A DNA stretch of 7,196 nt from Takakia lepidozioides (lineage: Eukaryota; Plantae; Bryophyta), in NCBI GenBank assembly GCA_030704615.1, contig JAKLZA010000118.1, forward strand, positions 1-7,196. The letters run 5' to 3'. This document shows, in pieces, positions 1 through 7,190 of the stretch. Under the pieces are notes generated by a model, which saw only the letters and a list, made by a program, of their open reading frames with translations, did not search any database and was not told the DNA's origin. The position numbers were made by a program, and so were the translations under genes. Position 1 is the first letter of the stretch. Each line of letters begins with the position of its first letter.

Positions 1-300
1 ACTTTCTCTGTGAACTCAGGGTGCAGGCTGGGACACATTGTGTGTAAGAAGGTCTCCTTGTGGATCCCAGGAAAGACCGAGTCCATTAAAGCCTCTCCAC
101 CACCGGGGACTGTTAAAAGCACGGAAATTCCTTGGGCAAACCAGTTATTACAGGAGATTTGTCAAAAGGTATGCACAAAAATAGCAGCACCATTGAGCAA
201 ACTACTGAAGAAAGATGCAGTGTTTGTCTGGACAGCTGAATGTCAAGGCATTTGAGGAACTTACACTGTCAGTAAACAACTACACCTGTGCTGATTAACC
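1..300 (+). other. Reverse transcriptase C-terminal (thumb/connection) region
   Basis: LGHIV, FLGQTSYYRRFV, IAAPLSKLLKKD..F.W...CQ and PVL motifs spread over several frames. Confidence 0.9.
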
Positions 301-317
301 CTCACTGGCATGTAGTA

Positions 318-676
318 TTCCATGTTCACTGCGATGCATCAGGAGAAGCGTTGGAGCGGTGTTAGCCCGAATGTTACAGGGAATATAGATTCACCTGTGT
401 ACTATGCTAGCCGGTTGATGAACAGTGCTGAGAGGAACTATAGCAACGAAAGAGAAGCATTGGCAATGATCTATGCAGTGAAGAATTCAGGCATTACCCT
501 TTTGTTGGGCAAGAAGTTTATGTTCTATGTGGATCACCAGCTCTGATATACTGGTAAACCAAACCTCTGATAAGCGGAAGAATAGCAAGATGGTTGATAT
601 CTTGCACGAGTTTGAGTTCGAGGTTGTTTACAAGCCTGGGAGACTGCATCTTGTGGCGGATCATTTGTCACGATTG
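318..676 (+). other. Ty3/Gypsy RNase H domain
   Basis: Catalytic motifs CDAS (330-341), EREALA (448-465), YVDHQ (526-540) and VADHLSR (653-673). Confidence 0.92.
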
Positions 677-769
677 TCAAAAGGAGAACCAGCCACATGA
701 ATAGATGATCAATTACCAGATGCGAGTCTCTTTGCAGTGGAGGTGCAGGGAAGTGCAGATGACTGGTTA

Positions 770-2010
770 GATTGGCAGTGGCCAATCAGATACTACCTTG
801 CTCATGGTCAGTGCCCACCTAGTTATGGTAAGGAGCAGAGGAAGAGAATCGCTATCAAAGCTTTACCTTATACTATGGTAGGAAGCAGAATGTATAAGTT
901 AGGACCTGATGGAGTACTAAAACGATGCTTGTACCACCATGAAGTAAATAAAGTTTTGGCGGAAGTTCATAAAGGAGTGGCTGGAGGTCATTTTGGAGAA
1001 GAGACTACCAGTAGAAAGATACTACTCGCAGGATACTGGTGGCCTACTTTGTTCAAAGATGTACACGAGTATTGTCAGAAGTGTGATGAATGTCAGAGGC
1101 TAGGACCTTTGCAGAGATCTGGAAGGATGGCCTTGCATCCTACAATGCCTACGGAACCATTTCAGAAATGGGGACTAGACTTTGTTGGACCAATTAACCC
1201 ACCATCCAAGAATACACGAAACAGGTACATAATTACAGCCACTGATTATACTACAAAGTGGGTGGAAGCTAAAGCTTTGAGGGACAACACAGCCAAGTCC
1301 ACAGCAAGGTTCCTGTACGAGAACATACTTACACGATTTGGCTGTCCCTTAGAATTTATCAGTGATCAAGGAAGTCACTTCATGAATGAGACCATTGAGT
1401 TGTTGACTAAAGAGTATGATTGTGCATAGAAAGAGTACAACATATTACCCACAGGGTAATGGGCAGGCAGAGGCTACCAACAAAATACTATGTACTATCT
1501 TGGCTAAGATAGTCAATGCAAACAGAACGGATTGGGATACAAAGCTGCTGACAGCTTTTGGTCATACAGGACTTCATATAAAGTCACCACTAAGTATACA
1601 CCATTCCAATTAGTTATGGTATGGAAGCCTTACTTCCAGTGGAATTCCTGTTACCTACCATGAGAACGGAGTGGGGAAAAAGAATGGAATTGCAAGACTC
1701 CATCAAGGTCAGGAAACATGAATTATACCATGTGGAAGAAGTACGTGCTGATGCAGCTGATAATATGACCAGAATTCAGATGAAGCGAAAGGAACAGTTG
1801 ATGAAGGCAAAGTTAAAGACTTTTAAGACGGGGGATTTGGTTCTATGGTTGCAAGAAGAAAGGAAAGATTCAAGCTTCTAAGCTTAAATCACCATGGAAA
1901 GGACCTTATGTCATACAAAAGATGTATGATAACAACACCGCCATGTTACAAACCATTAACAAAGAAATGCTGGGAAGAGTCAATGCAAATAAGTTGAAGG
2001 GGTACAGTGG
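770..2010 (+). other. Integrase (HHCC zinc finger, rve core, GPY C-terminal module)
   Basis: EVH-x6-HFG...CDEC zinc finger; D at 1178 (WGLDFVGP), D at 1364 (ISDQGSHF), E at 1470 (NGQAEATN); W-K-G-P-Y at 1895-1909 followed by VNANKLKGY. Confidence 0.95.
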
Positions 2011-2149
2011 TATCCATGACAAACCCTTGCAGCATGATTTGCATGTTGAACCGCAAGAGCAGTCACGGGCTGCACCAGTGTTACGAACGGAGTATGGAGC
2101 ACTTGTCGCTAGGCCCAGCATATATGACCAGGGTGGGCAAAAAAAGTGA

Positions 2150-2473
2150 CACAGCCTATCACAGCCCAACAAGGCAAAAAACAGCCTATCACAGCCAACA
2201 AGGCAAAGCACAGCCTATCAAGCCCATCAGCAAACACAGCCTATCACAGCCCATCAAGGAAAAGCACAGCCTATCACGCCCATCAAGGCAAAGCACAAAC
2301 TATCACAGCCCATCACAACGTGACACAGCCTATCACAGCCCAGCACGGCGCACACAGCCTATCACAACCTACCACAGCGTGTCACAGCCTATCACAGCTT
2401 ACCACAGTGCATCACAGCCTATCACAGCGTAACACAGTATGACACAGCCTGTCACAGCTCAACACAGCCTACT
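2150..2473 (+). repeat. Internal tandem array: ~33 decamers (ACAGCCTATC type) arranged as 11 ~30-bp higher-order units
   Basis: ACAGCCTATC or a close variant starts at 2151, 2181, 2210, 2236, 2266, 2295, 2325, 2354, 2384, 2414 and 2444, each followed by two variant decamers (e.g. ACAGCCCATC, AAGGCAAAGC). Confidence 0.97.
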
Positions 2474-2499
2474 AAAGTTACACGATCCATAGAATCAGT

Positions 2500-2830
2500 G
2501 ACAAGTGGACGCATAATAACTTCAGGAAAATGGCTGACGGAAGAGGAAACGGAAATTACTTTAAAAATAGACACGTGGAGGTCAGGGCGCGACACACAGC
2601 CGAGAAGGAAGTGCAAGAACAGGTGTCAAAAAGAAAGAGGACAAGAACGGCCGTCAAAAGGGATGAAAGGCGGGCCCATTAATGAATACGGAAAAAGGGA
2701 AACGGAACGAACGGCAAGTACAGAAAAGCGGAATTCTTGTCACATGTGTGATCCTAGTGGACTATCCAACAGGGAAAGTCCACTAAAGAAATAAATCTAA
2801 AATCCAGTCACAGCGGATACAGCCAATAGA
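2500..2830 (+). promoter_or_regulatory. Putative internal promoter for the accessory ORF
   Basis: G-box GACACGTGG 2570-2578, site-II-like GGGCCCA 2672-2678, four AACGG (2548, 2646, 2701, 2710), CACATGTG 2741-2748, AT-rich AAATAAAT ~2789-2796, CCAAT 2823-2827. Short motifs only; function is inferred. Confidence 0.4.
2755..2785. other. Inverted repeat / stem-loop
   Basis: TAGTGGACT (2755-2763) and AGTCCACTA (2777-2785) are exact reverse complements; after an A/A mismatch TCC pairs with GGA, leaving a 5-nt loop. Confidence 0.8.
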
Positions 2831-3178
2831 AAACCAGAGAAAGGATCAAGAAAATGGAGGGAAATTGAGCGCAAGAGGCGGCGTCGTTCTGAGTAGTACG
2901 GGCGTCTCGACGGGACAGACCATCAATGCTATAGCTTGGAAACTATGGAGGAACTAACAGACTATACGCTCGCAATATTACTTACGCAGTGGCATAGACA
3001 CGAAAGGACAGAGCGGAGCTTTTCTCTTGAGCGATGCTTGCAAGCCCCGCAGGCTTACAAGAAATTACCCATAGCTTTCTGCGGCAACCATACGTTTATG
3101 CTTTGTGCACTACAGGCATTCCTGCAGTTGTTACAGCCAAAAAGTTCTGTGAGTCTAAAATGAAGAGAGAGTGAGAGA

Positions 3179-3790
3179 ATGGAGGAAATCAGGGTGAAGA
3201 GCACCACAATTCTGCAGAAACAAACAATTGCTACCCCACAGGCGATACAGATACTGGAGGAGCTGAGATTGCAAGGATTGCAAAGCCTAGATTGGACACT
3301 ACACCATAGACAGTACATGTTACAATTTTTGCAGAACTTTGAGCCAAGGACAGGAACAACAACGGTGAAGTGAAGGGAGTTGAATTAATGATTACTCCCC
3401 TATACCTCCAGCAATTGTTTCGATTGCCAGCAGGTCAGGTGCATGTGGAGGAACACAGGGCAAGACTGCAAATAGGGGACTTATTCCAAGAAGGGAGTTT
3501 CTTTAAAACTCAGGGTTATGCTTGTACCAAGGCTGTGTACCCAGGGCTTAAAAGAGGTAGGCCAGGTATTGAACGTTCTGATTGCCATGAAACAGAACCA
3601 ACAGTATTTGAGCAGATCCTTCACGGAGGAAATACTCAAAGGCTGAAGGGACAAGAGGTACAATGGGCGGACATAATGTACAACGCACTGGTAGAGGAGA
3701 TGAAAAGATTACAAGGTACTACCGCAAAGTCTCCTATCATAGTGTCTGGCCCAATCATTGCTCAAATAATCCTTGATTCTGGCATACTTG
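3179..3790 (+). other. PMD (plant mobile domain)/Transposase_32-like N-terminal domain of ORF-X
   Basis: Repaired sequence MLQFLQNFEPRTGTTTVKGVELMITPLYLQQLFRLP follows, without gaps, the remembered PMD pattern L..LVERW.PET.TF....GE.TITL.DV..LLGLP; downstream VQWADIMYNALVEEM..GPIIAQII matches the W-helix end of these domains. By-eye comparison only. Confidence 0.55.
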
Positions 3791-4545
3791 ATGCGCAAGA
3801 AAGAAAGGAAATGGGAGTGTTTGAGCCAGAAACAACTGCAATGGAAGAGCAAGGCTCTTCACACAGTGAGGGTGGACTAGCAGGGCAACCCGACTAAGAC
3901 TAGGCAGAGACGGGGAAAGACTGTGTAGTGGCGGATCCACTGGCTTCACGGATTCCGCATGATAATGTTTCCCAAGCTCATGGCAGGAAGGGGCACAGCA
4001 GCACAGAGAAATGCTATTACTGGAAGCAGGACCTTCAGAGAGGGAGGGGAAGTTACTTCTGTATCACAACCATCACAGCCAACTGATCGACTTGTCACAA
4101 GGTCACAAGTTATCCATGCAGCTCAACCAGAAATAATTGATTTGGAAAAGAAGGGTTAGATATTCCAACTACAGAACAGATAGTGGCAGAAATGGAGAAG
4201 GGGGACCTTCTCTATGAATATTCTGGTCTGGTCAAGGAGACAGAGATCCCAGAGGTGCAACAGTTGCCCAAGGGAAATCCTGAGGTGCATATAATACACA
4301 CACCTGTGTCGGAGGTACCACAGGCGGAAGGTCATGACACTGTAGCACCGGTGATAGATGAAGTAGTTCAGGAAGAAAATCCGGTGGGACAATGGCCTGA
4401 ATGGTTCGTGAGACATCACACTGTTGAAGATCAGGAGGAACAGCAGCAACCTCACCATGATGACCCTCAACAGGCAATGCTGATGAGTTCCATAGGCAGG
4501 ACACTTAATTTGTTGGGGACTTATGTCAAATCCCATGTTCCAATT

Positions 4546-5520
4546 ACCCAATTGACAGCCTTGAGAGAGGAACTCAGGAAGGAGTTTGAGGCTCGACTAG
4601 CCACTGAGTGTGCAAACAAGGTCGATGAAGAGGTCACTCTCAAGATGAAGCAGGACTTGGGAAATACAGAAATGGCTTTGCAATTGGCCAAGGAACAATT
4701 GATTGAGGCAGGCCTCGCGCAAGACCAGTTGCACGAAGCACATAAGCAACAGCTATACCAAATGCAGGTGCAGCATGAAAGCAAGTTGCAAGAAGTGAAT
4801 GCACTACATACGGAGTTGCAGACAGTGCATGACAGGATGGCGATACAATGTGCTACATTACAACTATGCTTGACCAATCTACAAAAGAAATAAACAGTCA
4901 AGCGGAAAAATGTACGAAGGCAGAAGAAAAAAGAGAATGTTGAGCAAATGAAGCTCATTGTCGATATGAAGAATACAATCTGTCGCAATGAAGATACTTT
5001 CAAGCAATACAGGCAGATTGAAGCTGATCAAGAGAAGCACATCGTGGAGTTGCAACAAACCATCATGGCCAATAGAAATGAAATCGCGGTCAATAACAAG
5101 GCTTGGAAGGAAGCCAATAATCTACTTGCTGCTTATGCGCAATTGGTTGAACCTCAGGCGAAGCGCATGGAGGCTTTACAACAGCAGTTGGAATTGTACA
5201 AGCTAAGAGAGGAGCAAACTCTCAGGGGAACCACAAGCAACTTGGTGGATAACAGCCTTATGCAGGTCTGGTTAGCACAAGGGCCAGTAGAGGGCAAAGC
5301 ACCACGAAAGCTCACCCAAAGCGAGATGAATGAGCTCAGGCTGCAGGTGCAGAACATTGCCACAACTACTATAGACAATGTCTATAGTAGGATAGCAGAG
5401 TTACAAGAGGATGTAGACGGACTGCAGACTCAAGTGGAAGACCTCACTTCAAACATCGACAAAAGAGTCTATATCCCTCAGGAACAGCTAATGGCTTCTT
5501 ATTTACAAGCCAGAACTTTG
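4546..5520 (+). other. Long coiled-coil segment of ORF-X
   Basis: E/Q/K/L/A-rich, Pro/Gly-poor sequence with heptad-like hydrophobics (LQEVNALHTELQTVHDRM; IAELQEDVDGLQTQVEDLTSNI) over ~320 codons. Confidence 0.8.
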
Positions 5521-5559
5521 GCTTTTCAGTCTTCACAGGAGGGCAGGAGATGAGATGCA

Positions 5560-6723
5560 ATGATACAAGAGCCAGTACCACCACCACCACAACAAGTCAC
5601 TGTACAAGTAGCTGAACCTGTGGTTACTACAACCACACCACAGCCACCACAGCCGGAGGTATGGGGCAATGCCGCTTTTAACCCACCTAAAACTCCAGCT
5701 GCAAGGGAGTACAGTAGGGCTATGATTATGCCCTTCAACCAAATTCCCATCATGTTGGATTTGGCTTGGAAAGAATTTAGTCCTCCGCAGTCATTCGCAC
5801 ATTACTACCAAATCATGCGTATTTGGCTGCCAGTGGCAACTAGGACTAAAGTTCTTCCGAACAATCGACATATTGAAGATCATCACTTTGCACAATACTG
5901 GCACGAGGCAGGTACCATGTTGAGGGAATTGATTGCTTTCCAGGTTGTACATGGACTCATTTATACCAAGACCAAGGAGGTAGCAAGTATTGTCATGGGA
6001 TGCGGGTTATACTACGCTGCTTGTTTTCTGGTACGTTACCACATTGAGCAACAAAAGATGCAAACACGCTTTCTGAGTTATTCCAGTGGAGATCATTGGG
6101 TATTACCTTCGGTGCCACCTCATATGTACCTATATGACCCAAAAGTTATGATGCAAAAGGATTCTCAAATTCGTTCATGGTTTCAAGCGGCCTGGAACCA
6201 TTTGTCAACACAGAAATTCGGCATTGATGACATTTTCTATAAGGGACATGTGGCATGGAAATACTTGCACGCTGCACCAGTAATTGGTACCCCACTCACC
6301 TGGACAGACAAGGAGCTCAGTGTCTACACCAATTTTGCTGTTCAGCGGTTACACCAAGTTGTAAAATACAAACTTCCAGACATGGTAGGACAGCATTGTA
6401 TGCCCCAGATGATTCCACAAAAAGTTCGAAAATTAAAACACCTGAGAGGCGATGAGGATTTTGATACAACTGTTTCTTCACCGAATTCTTTTGACATGGG
6501 AGAAGACTATGCAGTTCAGATGGCAGAGAAGAAGCGACGGGGGTCTCCTATGCCGGAAAGGTTACCTCGATATCAGCCTCCAGAGGGCCTCACTTATCCA
6601 GGTAGTGATCAACCATCTCCGTCAACCAGAGACAGACCTCGGGCTCGTACACACAGTCCGCCACGAAACTCTCAACGTCAAAAAGGTGCTCACTCACAAA
6701 GGTTTGCTAATCGAAATCAGTAA
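5560..6723 (+). CDS. Intact 387-codon frame: P/Q/T hinge, aromatic-rich globular domain of unknown function, basic R/S/P tail (probably the C-terminus of ORF-X)
   Basis: Longest uninterrupted ORF in the window; protein-like composition; KKRR at 6529-6540; ends 21 nt before the PPT. Confidence 0.8.
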   Translation: MIQEPVPPPPQQVTVQVAEPVVTTTTPQPPQPEVWGNAAFNPPKTPAAREYSRAMIMPFNQIPIMLDLAWKEFSPPQSFAHYYQIMRIWLPVATRTKVLPNNRHIEDHHFAQYWHEAGTMLRELIAFQVVHGLIYTKTKEVASIVMGCGLYYAACFLVRYHIEQQKMQTRFLSYSSGDHWVLPSVPPHMYLYDPKVMMQKDSQIRSWFQAAWNHLSTQKFGIDDIFYKGHVAWKYLHAAPVIGTPLTWTDKELSVYTNFAVQRLHQVVKYKLPDMVGQHCMPQMIPQKVRKLKHLRGDEDFDTTVSSPNSFDMGEDYAVQMAEKKRRGSPMPERLPRYQPPEGLTYPGSDQPSPSTRDRPRARTHSPPRNSQRQKGAHSQRFANRNQ

Positions 6724-6724
6724 A

Positions 6725-6738
6725 CCGTGAGGACACGG
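6725..6738 (+). other. Pre-PPT mini-hairpin CCGTG-AGGA-CACGG
   Basis: Perfect 5-bp stem with AGGA loop, immediately upstream of the T-run and PPT. Confidence 0.7.
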
Positions 6739-6744
6739 CTTTTT

Positions 6745-6757
6745 GAGGGGGAAGGGG
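6745..6757 (+). promoter_or_regulatory. Polypurine tract (plus-strand primer site)
   Basis: GAGGGGGAAGGGG preceded by TTTTT and followed by TAA then TGT. Confidence 0.9.
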
Positions 6758-6828
6758 TAATGTTAGAGGACTGTCGGGGACTTAGACACTTATACGGGAT
6801 CTGTAGGGTACCCTTAATTTTTGCACAG

Positions 6829-6852
6829 ACTGAGACCAACACTGAGACCAAC
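6829..6852 (+). repeat. 12-bp perfect tandem duplication ACTGAGACCAAC x2
   Basis: Copies at 6829-6840 and 6841-6852. Confidence 0.9.
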
Positions 6853-6895
6853 AGGAGCCTTAGGGGTGACAGCAGCGCACTGTAGAGGGGGGTTA

Positions 6896-7190
6896 CACAG
6901 CCCGTCACAGTAGTCACAGCCGACACAGCCAACACAGCCTGTCACAGTAGTCACAGCCGACACAGCCAACACAGCCCGTCACAGTCATCACAGCCGACAC
7001 AGCCAACACAGCCCGTTGCAGTCGTCACAGCAAACACAGCCGACACAGCCCGTCACAGCCGACACAGCCCGACACAGCCAACACAGCCACACAGCCAGTC
7101 ACAGCCCGACACAGCCAAACACAGTCGCACAGCCAGTCACAGCCCGTCACAATTTCACACAGCCAGTCACAGCTTGACACAGCTGTCACG
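6896..7190 (+). repeat. LTR tandem array: ~31 CACAG(CC) monomers of 8-10 bp, the first 16 forming four 37-bp higher-order units
   Basis: Unit CACAGCCCGT-CACAGTAGT-CACAGCCGA-CACAGCCAA and variants start at 6896, 6933, 6970 and 7007; mostly 10-bp monomers from 7044 on. Confidence 0.97.

Larger units (their letters stand above)
1..2149 (+). pseudogene. pol: pol polyprotein, 5'-truncated by the window (RT C-terminus, RNase H, integrase); frameshifted as given
   Basis: Joining frames gives GHIVCK..L.VDP.K, KFLGQTSYYRRFVKRYA, IAAPLSKLLKKDAVFVWTAECQ, HVHCDASG, PVYYASRLMNSAERNYS, EREALA, YVDHQ, YKPGRLHLVADHLSR, then the integrase. Many indels at 1-610, an in-frame TGA at 698-700, and frameshifts near 1415, 1557, 1614 and 1860-1875. 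Terminal TGA at 2147-2149. Confidence 0.95.
3179..6723 (+). pseudogene. Accessory ORF-X in the env position (~1,180 aa reconstructed): PMD/Transposase_32-like domain, linker, coiled coil, unknown C-terminal domain; interrupted as given
   Basis: ORF fragments 3179-3373, 3370-3897, 3959-4159, 4183-4893, 4948-5553 and 5560-6723 abut on the + strand; the last three share one frame with single stops between them. Breaks coincide with a 5-bp duplication (3365-3374) and short homopolymer runs. ATG 3179 has gagaATGG context; TAA 6721-6723 lies just before the PPT. Confidence 0.75.

Noticed and set aside
2010-2149. Chromodomain at the integrase C-terminus
   Set aside because: Only ~45 residues follow the GPY module and no YLVKW/TWE motif is present.
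2007-2442. ORFs 2007-2432 and 2146-2442 with AYHS/QPITA/HSLS peptide repeats
   Set aside because: By-products of a T-poor 30-bp repeat that lacks stop codons; the peptide repeats switch frames at indels.
2150-2473. CRISPR-like array (CACAGCCTATCACAGCC repeats with variable spacers)
   Set aside because: The 'spacers' are only ~10-14 bp, resemble each other and the repeat itself, there are no cas genes, and the context is a eukaryotic retrotransposon.
2498-3163. ORFs 2498-2794 and 2936-3163 as an N-terminal extension of ORF-X (same frame as 3179)
   Set aside because: Separated by four in-frame stops (2792, 2798, 2894, 3161), non-ATG starts as called, and no domain-like signal; treated as promoter/UTR, though a decayed extension or uORF is not excluded.
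4891-5553. Programmed stop-codon readthrough at TAA 4891 and TGA 5551
   Set aside because: No CARYYA or TGA-CTA context. The TAA disappears with a compensating A-run indel pair, and the TGA is explained by CGA>TGA or a similar G-run pair. Not excluded without other copies.
4156-5753. Minus-strand ORFs (4156-4551, 4232-4504, 4521-5003, 5154-5378, 5526-5753) as Retand-like antisense genes
   Set aside because: Cys/Leu/Ser/Phe-rich shadows of the Q/E/K-rich sense coding sequence with no recognisable motifs.
5980-6033. VASIVMGCGLYYAACFLV as an envelope transmembrane helix
   Set aside because: Only moderately hydrophobic, in mid-domain, with no signal peptide or other env features; more likely a buried helix.
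6805-6814. 10-bp palindrome AGGGTACCCT in the LTR
   Set aside because: Several palindromes of this length are expected by chance in 7 kb.
6887-6897. GGGGGGTTACA as the LTR 3' end (137-bp LTR, with the array as flanking DNA)
   Set aside because: It is not a good inverted match to the TGTTAGAGG start, and the following array shares its core with the internal array. The 5' LTR is needed to settle this.
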